A DNA stretch of 64,000 nt from a plasmid, in the sequence record NZ_CP085281.1, one strand, 5' to 3'. The stretch's first letter is position 1; each line of letters begins with the position of its first letter. Positions 53,787-63,894 of this stretch are shown here, one piece after another. A program made the translations under genes and the position numbers. The notes beneath the pieces are model-generated. The model was not told where the DNA came from and made no database searches. It saw nothing but the letters and a program-made list of their open reading frames with translations.

Positions 53787-54146
53787 TGACGTGAATGTGA
53801 GACCGGCACAACGTCGGGCATATATCAGGCTCACGTCATATCGCTATGAGCCAATGAACGAAAGATCATCGCGGCAATGTAACTGTCGCGTAGCACTCAT
53901 GATGACTGCTTGAAGCCCAGATATTAACGTCGCGTAGCACTCATGTGTGCGGAATGTTCTTTCGATGTACTCAACACAATGTCCGAACGTAAGACCAACA
54001 TGTGCCGCACATTTTTACATCAACACAACATCAATCAGTTCATGCCAAGAAAACGTTCGTCCTGCGCAACCGCGACATTAGGCACACAAAGGGCTCGCGT
54101 GATCCACACGATCATGCGATAACGATCAGTTGTGATCCACATGTGA
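53787..54146 (+). promoter_or_regulatory. AT-rich non-coding island with direct repeats (candidate origin/promoter region)
   Basis: GC content far below window average; direct repeats (A)ACTGTCGCGTAGCACTCATG / AACGTCGCGTAGCACTCATG and GATCCACACG / GATCCACATG. Confidence 0.45.
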
Positions 54147-55139
54147 GTGTCATATGACAGTTACGCCGACTTCTTCGTCAGACCATTCACAATGTTTGTG
54201 AATGCATTGTGCACGCACGTCTGTGCAGGTTGTAGGTCCGCGGACGCCGATTTGCCTTTCCGGCACGGCAAGATGAGCGGCATGGGCCCCACGTTACAGC
54301 TGAACCTCGCCGCCGTACGGGACATCGCGTCCCGCGTCGCTGACGCTGCCGCGGCCATCTCCGCCGAGGGTTACCGGCTCCGCATCTCCCTCGGCTCACC
54401 AGCGGCAGACACCACCACCTTGGTGCTCACCCGCCAGCTATATAACGCCGCACGGCAACTCTCCTACGTCGCAGAGGGCGCCGCGGACGAACTCGCGCGC
54501 GCCAACGAGGCAATCATCGAATACGCGAACAACGCCGCAGCCTTAGCGCGCCGGACCGAACTTGCCGTCCTCATGGGCCTCGATGTCGAGGACCTCGTCA
54601 CGGGATTCAGTGTCAGCGCCGCTCGCAGCGCGCGCCAGGCCGAGGACACGTCGGGCCTAACTCTGCCGGCGCTCGACTCTGATCATCGCGCACTCGGAGA
54701 GGCAGTTCTGCTCTCGTCGGGGATTGGACACGTCGCACACCCCTCCGTCGATACCGCGCACTTGCGCGCAGCTGCCTCGATGCTGCACCAATGCGCGCGC
54801 GAGCTGCGCACGGCGATCGGAAGCGGGGAACGACCCGCGGCAACCCTCGATCGGTTCGGTTCCTGGGTCGAAGACCACTTCATCCCTGCCCTGGTCTCCC
54901 ATGCCGACGACCACGCGCGATGGGCCGCTACGTACAGTGCCGCGCGGGAGCAGGTCCATGAATCCGTCAGCTCGTATCGGCGTTGGCTCGCGGCTGCGGC
55001 TGCGGGTGGCTCCGAGACCGACGTGCCGTTATCGGAGATGGCCGCGCACGTGCGCGCGGTGCTGCGCAGCTACGCGGCGGCGCCGATCGGAGGCAGCGAG
55101 TTGAGCCCCCATCCTCGGCTCGGTGAGGGACCGGAATAG
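54147..55139 (+). CDS. hypothetical helical protein (GTG start at 54147; alternative ATG at 54273)
   Basis: 330-aa ORF, Ala/Leu-rich helical composition. Confidence 0.4.
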   Translation: MSYDSYADFFVRPFTMFVNALCTHVCAGCRSADADLPFRHGKMSGMGPTLQLNLAAVRDIASRVADAAAAISAEGYRLRISLGSPAADTTTLVLTRQLYNAARQLSYVAEGAADELARANEAIIEYANNAAALARRTELAVLMGLDVEDLVTGFSVSAARSARQAEDTSGLTLPALDSDHRALGEAVLLSSGIGHVAHPSVDTAHLRAAASMLHQCARELRTAIGSGERPAATLDRFGSWVEDHFIPALVSHADDHARWAATYSAAREQVHESVSSYRRWLAAAAAGGSETDVPLSEMAAHVRAVLRSYAAAPIGGSELSPHPRLGEGPE

Positions 55140-55487
55140 GGGAGGGTGCGCGCTGAGTGCGCGCGGCTACTTTTCTCTGGCTCGCACACGTGACGGAATC
55201 GGGCCGATCGGGCGGTACTTCATAGTCGTACGCCAACCAACCGTTTCCTTGGCGTGTTGTCGACGGAAGGGGTGCCGCGATGATCCATCGCAGTTCATCC
55301 GGGGGAGGGCGCCCGCTCAGCTGCGGGTGTCGTGCCCGAACGGGGATTTCCCGTGAGAGGGCACTGAACCTATCGATTGTGCAGGAAGGCGCACCGGAGG
55401 CCGGTGCGATGCGATGTTACGGATTGCAGCGCTCCTCCTCGGCGTGTCCGAATCAGATTTTGCCCGTGGAGTGGGAGGGTGAACGCC

Positions 55488-55907
55488 ATGGCTGGCCGTC
55501 CACATAAAGGAGACCGGGCGCTCATTCAAGCCCGCCCGTTCGACGAGGTGCTCCATCTCGTCATTGGTCGGCAGCACGCTGCCGGCATCAAGGAACTGAG
55601 TCCGTACCTCGCTGACGTCCTGGCGATCCATGTGGGCCGTGAGGACCTGGTGACAGAACTCGGACACAGGCAATCGCTGCCACTGGACGAGGGCACGGTG
55701 GATCACCCGGGCTGCTTCCCTGGCCGGCGCACTCTGGTGCAGACACGGCCTCACCGCGAGGTATGGAGTGCGGTGCACGAACGGCAGAAGGCTGCCGGGG
55801 TGTCCTCGGTCAGCCAGTACGTGGCCGACGTGCTCGCGATGCACGTCGGGCGTGAGGACCTGGTGGTTGAACTCGGACGCAAGGAGGGCTTGCCGCTGGC
55901 GATGTAG
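55488..55907 (+). CDS. tandem-duplicated small-domain protein (possible RHH-type antitoxin-like)
   Basis: ATG 55488 after GGGAGGG; two about 60-aa repeats 'RP(F/H)(D/R)EV....(I/H).RQ(H/K)AAG(I/V)..(L/V)S.Y(L/V)ADVLA(I/M)HVGREDLV.ELG'. Confidence 0.4.
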   Translation: MAGRPHKGDRALIQARPFDEVLHLVIGRQHAAGIKELSPYLADVLAIHVGREDLVTELGHRQSLPLDEGTVDHPGCFPGRRTLVQTRPHREVWSAVHERQKAAGVSSVSQYVADVLAMHVGREDLVVELGRKEGLPLAM

Positions 55908-56054
55908 ATGTGGCGCCCCTACTGGCATAGGGGGCTGATTCGAACATCTGAATAACGCGGCGCAGGGCCCACATGCCTTTAGGGGTCTGAACAACGATCG
56001 AAGCCCTCAGCCTGGCGGGGCTAAGGGCTTCGATTCTGAAGTTTTCGAGGCGAG

Positions 56055-57248
56055 GTGCGAACTCGTCTCGTGGGCTTGCGCCCTTCCCCGGAGGGACTTG
56101 TCTTGCTGGACAGGTGCCACGGTAGCGCACGCTCAATTTCAGGGCTACAGGACGCGCTATTCCGTGATGCAAATTGTGATATTCCGCGGGCTCAGAGCCT
56201 GCGTGCGGTGCGCGCGCAGCAGCGCCGTGCACGTCGTCGGTGGATCGTCGAGGCCGGCCAATCGCCGGCTGCGACGCCCGCGTGGATTAGTCGCGACGGC
56301 TGGCTTAGTGAACTCGAGCGTTGGTTAGGCACCGACGAGGGCCGCACGGCGCGGATGCGGGTTCACCTGAGGTCGTCACTGCTCATGAGAGTGGCCGTGG
56401 TCCTTGCGGCTCACGCTGACCACGCCAACGGCCGACACTGTGCCGTCACGAACGCCGCCGCCGCTGCGGCGGCCGGCTGCTCGCCGCGCACGGTGACCAC
56501 GGTGCGCCGGCTGCTCGCCGAGGCAGGCCTGGCGGTCGAGGTCCACCGCGGAACCGGTTCGGCGCACGCACCAGCCGGTCTGCGCAGACCGTCGATCTGG
56601 CATCTGGTCAGCCGCAAGGAGCCTGTGGATAACCGCGGCGTTTTCCACCTACCGCCATCCCGAAGGGATAGGCGGGTAACTCCCGTTGGTAAGAACTCAC
56701 CAAGCGGCCGCACGCGGCCGCCGCGGAGATCTCAAAATCGACGCCCACCCAGAACGGCGCCTCGGCCGCTTCGCGTCCAGAGGCTCGCCGCGGAAGTCAT
56801 TGCCCGTAGCGTCGGCCTCGACACGGTACATCCCGGCCACATCTGCGATGCGCTCACCAGATCCGGCCTTGACCTCGACCAATGGTCGGCCAAGCAGATC
56901 ACCACCGCACTCAACGCCGACATGCGCACGCGAGGATGGTCCTGGCCCAACAGGATCGATCGACCAGGGGCGTTCCTGGCAGCCCGCCTTCGCCACCTGC
57001 CTCAGCGGCCCGTTGCCCAGCCAGCTGCACCCGCGTCGAAGACGTCGACGACCGCGGATGATCCCGAGGCCGATCGCACGGTTCCTGCCAGTGCAGCGGC
57101 CCGGGCGGCTGCCCGCGCGTACTTCCAGCAGAATCGGGGGAGAAGCACCGACACTAGTCATGGGAGCCACAAACCTGTACAGTGGTATACACACCAGCCG
57201 GCCGGACGTGCGCGTCAGGTCACCCAATTCCCCAGGGGGAAAGCATGA
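56055..57248 (+). CDS. Rep/replication-relaxation-like HTH protein, paralog 2 (start uncertain)
   Basis: 'GRHCAVTNAAAAAAAGCSPRTVTTVRRLLAEAGLAVEVHRGTGS'; C-terminal block as in paralog 1. Confidence 0.45.
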   Translation: MRTRLVGLRPSPEGLVLLDRCHGSARSISGLQDALFRDANCDIPRAQSLRAVRAQQRRARRRWIVEAGQSPAATPAWISRDGWLSELERWLGTDEGRTARMRVHLRSSLLMRVAVVLAAHADHANGRHCAVTNAAAAAAAGCSPRTVTTVRRLLAEAGLAVEVHRGTGSAHAPAGLRRPSIWHLVSRKEPVDNRGVFHLPPSRRDRRVTPVGKNSPSGRTRPPRRSQNRRPPRTAPRPLRVQRLAAEVIARSVGLDTVHPGHICDALTRSGLDLDQWSAKQITTALNADMRTRGWSWPNRIDRPGAFLAARLRHLPQRPVAQPAAPASKTSTTADDPEADRTVPASAAARAAARAYFQQNRGRSTDTSHGSHKPVQWYTHQPAGRARQVTQFPRGKA

Positions 57249-58516
57249 TTGCCATGAGCCTGCAGACCGTCGAGACCCATGAATGGGAGATCCCGTCCTA
57301 CAAGCTCGCCGCGTTCCAGGCAAAGATCGCCCAAGCCAACAAGCGGCTAGCCAAGTCGGGTCTCGATGCTCGGTTCGAGGTCTCCTACGAAGACTTCGAA
57401 GTGAAGAAGAACGTTGCCCGCGTCGACCACGCAGTCGTCAGCAACCACGCGCCGGTCTACGTCTACGAGCCGTGGGTGCGTGCGACGCTGACGGGCCCGC
57501 TGACCTTGCGGCACGGGCATTTCACCTTCGTGGCCCGCCTCGTGCCCGAGGAAGCCGGTATTACCGTGCATTCCGCCCCAGGGCAGGAACTCGGCGGCTA
57601 CAGCCCTCGCGGTGACAACTCCTGCGATCACTGCCAGGTCGAGCGCAGCCGGATGCGGTTGTACTTGGTGCGTGACGATCGAGACGGCTCGATCATCCAG
57701 CTGGGCCACTCCTGCATCGAGCTGTACACCGGAGTGAGCCCAAAAGGGTTGTGGTCATTGACGTTTGACGAGGAGCTGGCGGAATTCACTAGCAATGACG
57801 TCGACGGCGGGTTCGGTCCGAAGCACTACGGCGCATCAGTAGACCTGGTGTTGGCGTACGCATTCGCCCATTCCGATCGGGGCCGCTCCTACATCCCGTC
57901 AGGCATGTACTCCGAAACCTCCACCGTCAGCATGGTGCGCACCAGCTTGTTCTTCGACATCGACAAACTCAAGGAAGTCGACCGGCAGTATTACCGCGCC
58001 AAGGCAGTCGAAGCGGCCGGCCACCTCGCCGACACCGAGCTGCTCACCGCCATCAAGGCCTCTGTGACCGCGACTGCCGAAGACAGCGACTACGGCCGCA
58101 ACCTACGCGTCCTGCTCGCCGGCGAGAGCGTCAGCGGCAAGAACGTCGGCATCCTCGGTTCGCTGGTCAAGGTGTATGCCCGCCAGCAGCAGATCGAGGT
58201 CGAGCGCACGGCCCACCCCGTGGTCGCCGGGTTCCTCGGCGACGTCGGCGAGCGCATCAAGAACATCAGCGCCACCGCAAAGACCGTCGTCTACCAGGAC
58301 GGCGACTGGGGCACCACCACCTTCCTCGTCGCGATCGCCGACGACGGCCACACCCTTGTGTGGAAGGCGCACCGTGCGCTCGACGTCGAGGCCGGCCAGC
58401 GCTTCACCATCGGTGCGGCCACCATCAAGGCCCACGAGACCTACCGCGACGTCGACCAGACGGTGATCACACGGGCCGCAAAGTTCGAAGTCATCGACGC
58501 AACGGATGGTGCATGA
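57245..58516 (+). CDS. hypothetical protein
   Basis: 424 aa from ATG 57245 (ATGA overlap); contains 'CDHCQ...C' Cys pair. Confidence 0.45.
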   Translation: MIAMSLQTVETHEWEIPSYKLAAFQAKIAQANKRLAKSGLDARFEVSYEDFEVKKNVARVDHAVVSNHAPVYVYEPWVRATLTGPLTLRHGHFTFVARLVPEEAGITVHSAPGQELGGYSPRGDNSCDHCQVERSRMRLYLVRDDRDGSIIQLGHSCIELYTGVSPKGLWSLTFDEELAEFTSNDVDGGFGPKHYGASVDLVLAYAFAHSDRGRSYIPSGMYSETSTVSMVRTSLFFDIDKLKEVDRQYYRAKAVEAAGHLADTELLTAIKASVTATAEDSDYGRNLRVLLAGESVSGKNVGILGSLVKVYARQQQIEVERTAHPVVAGFLGDVGERIKNISATAKTVVYQDGDWGTTTFLVAIADDGHTLVWKAHRALDVEAGQRFTIGAATIKAHETYRDVDQTVITRAAKFEVIDATDGA

Positions 58517-58764
58517 CCACCCGCTACGTCGTCACCCAGACGACCACCACGATCCGCACCGTCAGCTACACCGAGGCGGAGGTGCGTGCGCTGATCGGTG
58601 CCCTGCATGGTCCGCACTGGAGCTGCTCCGATGAGGACCTCGGCACCGAGTTGCACGCGGCGGTACTCGATGCCACCGACATCACCGATCGGGTCGTCGC
58701 CGACCTGCACACCGTCAGCGAAACATCCGAATATGAAATTCACACCTCCAAGACCGTCAGCTGA
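58513..58764 (+). CDS. small hypothetical protein
   Basis: 83 aa; ATGA overlap with upstream gene. Confidence 0.4.
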   Translation: MTTRYVVTQTTTTIRTVSYTEAEVRALIGALHGPHWSCSDEDLGTELHAAVLDATDITDRVVADLHTVSETSEYEIHTSKTVS

Positions 58765-58778
58765 GATCAGGAGTCGAG

Positions 58779-59075
58779 ATGACGCAGAGTTACCCGGATG
58801 TGGTCAACATGTGGACATTGGTCCTGCAGGGAACGACCGCAAAGACGAACGAACTCTTGCTGTACGCGCTGGCCGACAACTCCGCTGAAGGCGCAAAAAA
58901 GGCCGAGGCCGATCTGAAGGCTGCCCGGCCAGGAGAGTTCGTCGAGGTCGCCGTCCGCTTCGCGAACATGCTGGATAGCTCCACCGTGCACGTACAGCCG
59001 CACCTGTGGGGACTGTGGTGCGTGATGGAACGCACCGTTCCAGCGTCCGAATTCTTCGGCGCCCAACCCCGCTAG
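58779..59075 (+). CDS. small hypothetical protein
   Basis: 98 aa; AGGAG RBS 6 nt upstream of ATG. Confidence 0.45.
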   Translation: MTQSYPDVVNMWTLVLQGTTAKTNELLLYALADNSAEGAKKAEADLKAARPGEFVEVAVRFANMLDSSTVHVQPHLWGLWCVMERTVPASEFFGAQPR

Positions 59076-59348
59076 GACCACGACGAAAGGCGTTAGTTTG
59101 TGAACGAAACTGAGCGCTGCCCGGTGTGTGGCCATGATGTTGAGGTCACAGAAGAAGCCGACGGTACAGCGCACTACCTTTGCCCGGACCTGGACTGTCG
59201 CAACGAGTGGTACGTCGAGGATCCCACCTGAAGCGCACATCAACGATCTCGGCGGCCCACATGAATCGCATGACCGTTCCAGCCTCCGAGTTCGTCCGCG
59301 CGGAGAACGGTCAGGCGGCGTAAGCAACTATCTGGAGCGGGGAAGTCG

Positions 59349-59717
59349 ATGTCCTTCGATGATCAGCCGGCGTCCGGTGAACCACTGCACCTGATCCTGG
59401 CAGCCGCGGCGTTCGATCACGCCGCGCAGAACGCGGAAGCCTGGGCAGGGCCCCACGACCGTGCGGCAGCGACGATGTTCTCCAACTGGGCCGAACTCTT
59501 TCGACTCGAACTTTCAGATCCCGCATGGTCGACCCGTCAGGCGACATTGGAAGCCATCTCTCTGTTGGCGGATGCCTACGCAGCAGCTGCTGACACCGTT
59601 CGTCGCGCTGGCGCCCGCACCGAACTCGGCCACGGCGAACTCCCGCAGCAGGGCTGCACCTACGCGGCTGAGTGGCTGCAGGCGCAAGCTGAGGTCACGT
59701 CCCGTGGAGTGGTGTAA
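59349..59717 (+). pseudogene. hypothetical gene whose 3' end is replaced by IS256 copy 2
   Basis: GGAG RBS plus ATG 59349; reading frame runs 344 nt then enters the IS (IS starts 59693) and terminates 8 codons inside it. Confidence 0.4.
59685..59692 (+). repeat. target-site duplication CAAGCTGA (left) of IS256 copy 2
   Basis: identical 8-mer at 61108..61115. Confidence 0.75.
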
Positions 59718-61107
59718 GAGCGGTCGCGTGTCCGCGTGTGGCTCTGTGGTAGCCACTATGCCGTGAGAGCGGCTGTGGGGGCAATGGTTTCGGCACTTTG
59801 GTCACTGACGTCGAGCAGAGCGAGGCTGGTCTCGGAGAGGTAGCGCTTGTCGGCGACCTGCCATTCGTCGTGGGCCTCAACGAGTACCGAGCCGGCCAGC
59901 CGTAACAGCGCGGCGGGGTTGGGGAACACGCCGACGACGTCGGTGCGGCGTTTGATTTCCTTGTTCAATCGCTCCAGTGGGTTGGTTGACCAGATCTTTT
60001 TCCAGTGGGCCACCGGGAAGTCGGCGAAGGCGGTGATGTCGGCGGCGGCCTCGCGCAACATGGTTTCGACCTTGGGGAACTGGCGGCCGAGCATGCCGGC
60101 GATGGTGTCGAGTTGTTCGCGCACGTGCTCGGCGTCTGGCTGGGCGAAGACGGTGCGGATCGCGGCGGCGACCATCTCTGCGGAGCCCTTGGGCACTTGG
60201 GCGAGCACGTTGCGCAGGAAGTGCACTCGACACCGCTGCCAGGCGGCCCCGATCAGCACGGCGTCAATGGCACTGCGCAGTCCGGCATGGGCATCGGAGA
60301 TGACCAGTTGGACTCCGGCCAGACCGCGGGATTTCAACGACCGCAAAAACGCGGTCCAGAACGCCCCGTCCTCGGAGTCTCCGACCTCAAAGCCCAGTAC
60401 CTCGCGGCGCCCGTCAGCGGCCACCCCGGTGGCGATGACCACCGCCTGCGACACCACCCGATGATTCACCCGGGCCTTGCAGTAGGTGGCGTCGAGGAAG
60501 ACATACGGAAAGCGCTGATCACCCAACGGCCGGTCCCGGAAGGCCGCGACCTCGGTGTCGAGGTCTTTGCAGATCCGGCTGACCTCGCTTTTGGAGATCC
60601 CGGTATCGGTACCCAGTGCCTTGACCAGATCGTCGACCTTGCGGGTGGAGGTGCCGTGCAGGTAGGCCTCCATCACCACCGCGAACAAGCACTGATCGAC
60701 CCGGCGACGCCGCTCCAACAACGCCGGGAAAAATGACCCGGTGCGCAGCTTGGGAATCCGCAGTTCCAGGTCCCCTGCGACCGTGGACAGCGTGCGCGGA
60801 CGCGAGCCGTTGCGCTGATTGGAGCGGGTCTCGGTGCGCTCATGGGGAGAAGCCCCGATGAACGCGGTCAACTCCGCGTCGATCAAGGCTTGGTAGATCG
60901 TTTCGGCGGCTTGAGTGATCCGCTCACCGGCATCGGCGGTGCGCAGTGCGTCGAGCACCTCCAGCAAGGCAGACTGGTCCAGGGCCATCGCGATGTTCCT
61001 CTCGGTAGTGATTCTTGGTCGTTTCACCACAGAGACTCACGCGATGGCCCTCTTACGTCAGGGACCGACACGCCGCCATCACTTACACCACTCCCCGGGA
61101 CGCTCCC
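59693..61107 (-). mobile_element. IS256-family insertion sequence, copy 2 (inverted relative to copy 1)
   Basis: 1415 bp identical to copy 1 by eye; own 8-bp TSD. Confidence 0.9.
59756..61030 (-). CDS. IS256-family transposase (copy 2)
   Basis: protein identical to 52440..53714 product. Confidence 0.9.
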   Translation of the reverse strand: MVKRPRITTERNIAMALDQSALLEVLDALRTADAGERITQAAETIYQALIDAELTAFIGASPHERTETRSNQRNGSRPRTLSTVAGDLELRIPKLRTGSFFPALLERRRRVDQCLFAVVMEAYLHGTSTRKVDDLVKALGTDTGISKSEVSRICKDLDTEVAAFRDRPLGDQRFPYVFLDATYCKARVNHRVVSQAVVIATGVAADGRREVLGFEVGDSEDGAFWTAFLRSLKSRGLAGVQLVISDAHAGLRSAIDAVLIGAAWQRCRVHFLRNVLAQVPKGSAEMVAAAIRTVFAQPDAEHVREQLDTIAGMLGRQFPKVETMLREAAADITAFADFPVAHWKKIWSTNPLERLNKEIKRRTDVVGVFPNPAALLRLAGSVLVEAHDEWQVADKRYLSETSLALLDVSDQSAETIAPTAALTA

Positions 61108-61115
61108 CAAGCTGA
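61108..61115 (+). repeat. target-site duplication CAAGCTGA (right) of IS256 copy 2
   Basis: matches 59685..59692. Confidence 0.75.
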
Positions 61116-61711
61116 CACGCTCACGATTCTCGGCGCCCAGATCGGGGAGCGGTTGCCCGATGGGCCGCACCAAGGGCAAGTGACGTTCGTGCCCGCTGGC
61201 GGCAGCGGTGAATCTCCCGTCGTGCAGTTCGCCACCCTGGCCGTTTTGCATGACGACCAGATCGACATCACCGTCCACAAGGACCAGACGGCCGCCGATG
61301 CCTACTTCCACGAGCACTTCCCGGAGTTGGACGCGGCGGGCCGGCGCATCGACACTCACACGATCAACGTGGAGGATGGCGATGATCCGCTTTGGCATCG
61401 TGGCGCGGAAGTCGAGTTCGCCTCGCTCGTTGTCGTGCACGATGGCCAGATCGACGTCACCGTCCATCAAAACGACGCATCGGCTCGCGTGGAGCTGCTC
61501 GACCGGTTCCCAATAGTCCGCGATCGGATACGTGTGCGACATCGAATCGAATCCCATCGGCCCAGAGTCCGACTGTAGGCCACACGCGGAGATCCATCAG
61601 ACCAGATCGCCGCACTTCAGGGCCTCGATGCAGCCGATCGTGCACCCCCGTTTCCTACCCTAGGACCAATCCGGGACACCCGGCCGAGGAACCGATGAGA
61701 GGACCTGCCCC

Positions 61712-62026
61712 ATGACTGCCATCACTACGAACACCACGACGTTGTTCGTGTTCAACCACCCGGCGCCCGAGGCCCTGGAAGAGATGCCCCTGGACTACTA
61801 CGGCGAATGCCAGATCGCCGGCGCCGGCAGCGTCGAGATCCAGCTGGACGCTGACCACACTGAAATCATCTCCGCCACCCGTTACGTGCCGGTCGGTGTC
61901 GGTGTCGCTGCTGCGGTCGTCGAGGGCGTTCTGCAGGTCTTCTGCACTGTCGCCGGCCGCGAGCCGATCCTCCTGCGCGAGTTCGCCGACTGGTCCAGCT
62001 ACACCGTGCGGCGGCCGAACCGGTGA
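61712..62026 (+). CDS. small hypothetical protein
   Basis: 104-aa ORF upstream of paralog gene. Confidence 0.4.
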   Translation: MTAITTNTTTLFVFNHPAPEALEEMPLDYYGECQIAGAGSVEIQLDADHTEIISATRYVPVGVGVAAAVVEGVLQVFCTVAGREPILLREFADWSSYTVRRPNR

Positions 62027-62036
62027 GGGCCGCTGC

Positions 62037-62465
62037 GTGAGTGACCTCAGCCCCGAGGACATCGCACTTCTGGAAGCCCAAGTCCCAGTCGGTCTGCTGA
62101 TGCCGACCGACGAGACCATGCGCCTGGTCCACATCACCGGTGATGTCGTGGAGGTACACGTCGGAGCCGCGGCGGAGTCAGTGACCACCGCTGATGGGCT
62201 TGTGTTCTGGTTCGACGCTGGTTCCGGCAGCCTCGCGGTGAATCGAATGGCCACGCTGAACCTGCTGGCGGTGTCGCGCTTTTCTGCTCGCACCGTTCCA
62301 CTCCTGCGCGGTGCTGTCCTGGTCACCGGCCAGCACGCCGGTGACCCGGCCGGCCTGACCGACGACCAGATCGAGGCGCTCGGACGAGAGCCTGGGCCCG
62401 TGTGGTGGGTGAACTCGGTACTGCGGATGCGCGTCGGACGCGATGGCCGCCGCCCCCGGGCCTAA
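62037..62465 (+). CDS. hypothetical protein; paralog of 6420..6875
   Basis: GTG 62037 after GAGGG; conserved blocks FWF / VNR.AT / VPLLRG / 'AGLTDDQIEALGREPGPVWW'. Confidence 0.5.
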   Translation: MSDLSPEDIALLEAQVPVGLLMPTDETMRLVHITGDVVEVHVGAAAESVTTADGLVFWFDAGSGSLAVNRMATLNLLAVSRFSARTVPLLRGAVLVTGQHAGDPAGLTDDQIEALGREPGPVWWVNSVLRMRVGRDGRRPRA

Positions 62466-62501
62466 AACCCCGGCGGTCCGGCGGGCGGCGGCAGGCCCTC
62501 G

Positions 62502-62672
62502 CTAGCTGTCCCCACCCCTGGAGAACAACGCAGTGATGATCTGCGCTGCTCCCCGAGCGAGGTCACCGATGCCGGCAGTCGACCCAGTCCGCGCGACGAT
62601 GAACGCAGCGGTCATGTAGTAGCCGACGATGGCTACAACGCCGACAATGGCGATGGTGGTCCAGATGTTCAT
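62502..62672 (-). CDS. very small membrane protein (56 aa)
   Basis: 'MNIWTTIAIVGVVAIVGYYMTAAFIVA' single TM; low confidence. Confidence 0.25.
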   Translation of the reverse strand: MNIWTTIAIVGVVAIVGYYMTAAFIVARTGSTAGIGDLARGAAQIITALFSRGGDS

Positions 62673-63016
62673 GATGACGCTCCAGCCGGGGCAGTGCCCC
62701 GGAGAGCACTGACCACGCGGCCCCGCTGGACGGAATGTGTGGTCCAACTGTTCTGGGCTGACAGGCGGCAACGCACAGGTTCCGGCCCGGAAGTGGATTT
62801 TTCCTATAGGGCGACCTCACGCCTGATCAGCGATTTGGGGCCCAGACCCCGGTCGCCAACACCGGCGCACCCGGGGGAGTGAGGCTCAATAGGGTCGCTA
62901 CCCGAGTTGCCCACCTAGATGTGCTACCTCATGAGGTTGGTTACACGGGTCGACGCACTTGTGACACGCTAGCGTGTTATATTGGTCCGAACGTGACTGG
63001 AAGGGGCTGCCACACC

Positions 63017-63490
63017 ATGGACCGCGATGCCATCACCGATGACTCGTCGGGCAACCTCGACAACTCGGTGCGCGAACGAATTCCCCTCGTCACCGACCCT
63101 GCTCAAGCAGAGGCCTTGCTGCGAGCCTTGACGGAAGTATTAGCGAGCAACCGCAACGTGCAGGCGGAGTTTCGAGCTGGCGCCGTCTGGGAGCGCAAGG
63201 GACGCGACGATGGGGGCGACTTTTCACCACTGGTGTCCCCGTCGCAGTACCGCGATAGCGCGGGCAACGACGAAGTGTATCTGTCGGTCTCCGTGCGCAT
63301 CGGCCAATTCGACACGTCGCCCGAACTGAAGGACTTCGTGGAGCGCCAACGCGCACAGTCAGAGCGGGACAGTCTCGCGCAACTGGAATCACAGGTGGCG
63401 CAGCGCCGACATGCGCTCGACATCGACCAGTCGGCGATAGTCGACCTTGAGGCGCGCGTTGCCCAGCTGCGCGCCGCAACCGGCCCGTGA
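63017..63490 (+). CDS. hypothetical coiled-coil protein
   Basis: 157 aa from ATG 63017; helical Arg/Glu/Gln-rich C-terminus. Confidence 0.45.
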   Translation: MDRDAITDDSSGNLDNSVRERIPLVTDPAQAEALLRALTEVLASNRNVQAEFRAGAVWERKGRDDGGDFSPLVSPSQYRDSAGNDEVYLSVSVRIGQFDTSPELKDFVERQRAQSERDSLAQLESQVAQRRHALDIDQSAIVDLEARVAQLRAATGP

Positions 63491-63894
63491 GCGGCGAGTT
63501 GTGGACGACCGCCGAGGCCGCCGCGGCGGCGGGCGTACGCCCTGACTCGTTCCGCGGCCTCATGCGTAAGGCTCGCCTTGACGGCATCGACCTCCGCGCA
63601 GATCGCGCCCTGTGGCCCGATCACCGCACGCCGATGTACGACGCGCAGCGGGTGCGTCGCTGGCTCGACACACGACCGCGCGTCGTCTCCAGTGCTCACC
63701 GAGAGGAACCCGCTGCGGCCTCCCGACCGCCAGCCGAGATCGCCGCGCTTATTGCCGTAGTTTCGCACCCTGATCGGTTCGACACCGACGCTCTGCGTGA
63801 TGCCCTCGACCATTCTGGTTACCGCGTGGGCGAACTATCCGTCGTCGCCACCGATGCCCACGGAAACGGCCGTCCCGCACGGCACACCGTGTAA
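63487..63894 (+). CDS. HTH DNA-binding protein (excisionase/MerR-like N-terminus?)
   Basis: GTGA overlap; N-terminal 'LWTTAEAAAAAGVRPDSFRGLMRKA' resembles excisionase-type HTH. Confidence 0.4.
   Translation: MSGELWTTAEAAAAAGVRPDSFRGLMRKARLDGIDLRADRALWPDHRTPMYDAQRVRRWLDTRPRVVSSAHREEPAAASRPPAEIAALIAVVSHPDRFDTDALRDALDHSGYRVGELSVVATDAHGNGRPARHTV

Noticed and set aside
59098-59232. 44-aa ORF VNETERCPVCGHDVEVTEEADGTAHYLCPDLDCRNEWYVEDPT (CPxCG...C..C zinc-ribbon-like)
   Set aside because: Too short to call with confidence and absent from the ORF track, though four Cys in a zinc-ribbon arrangement make it a plausible small protein worth a look.
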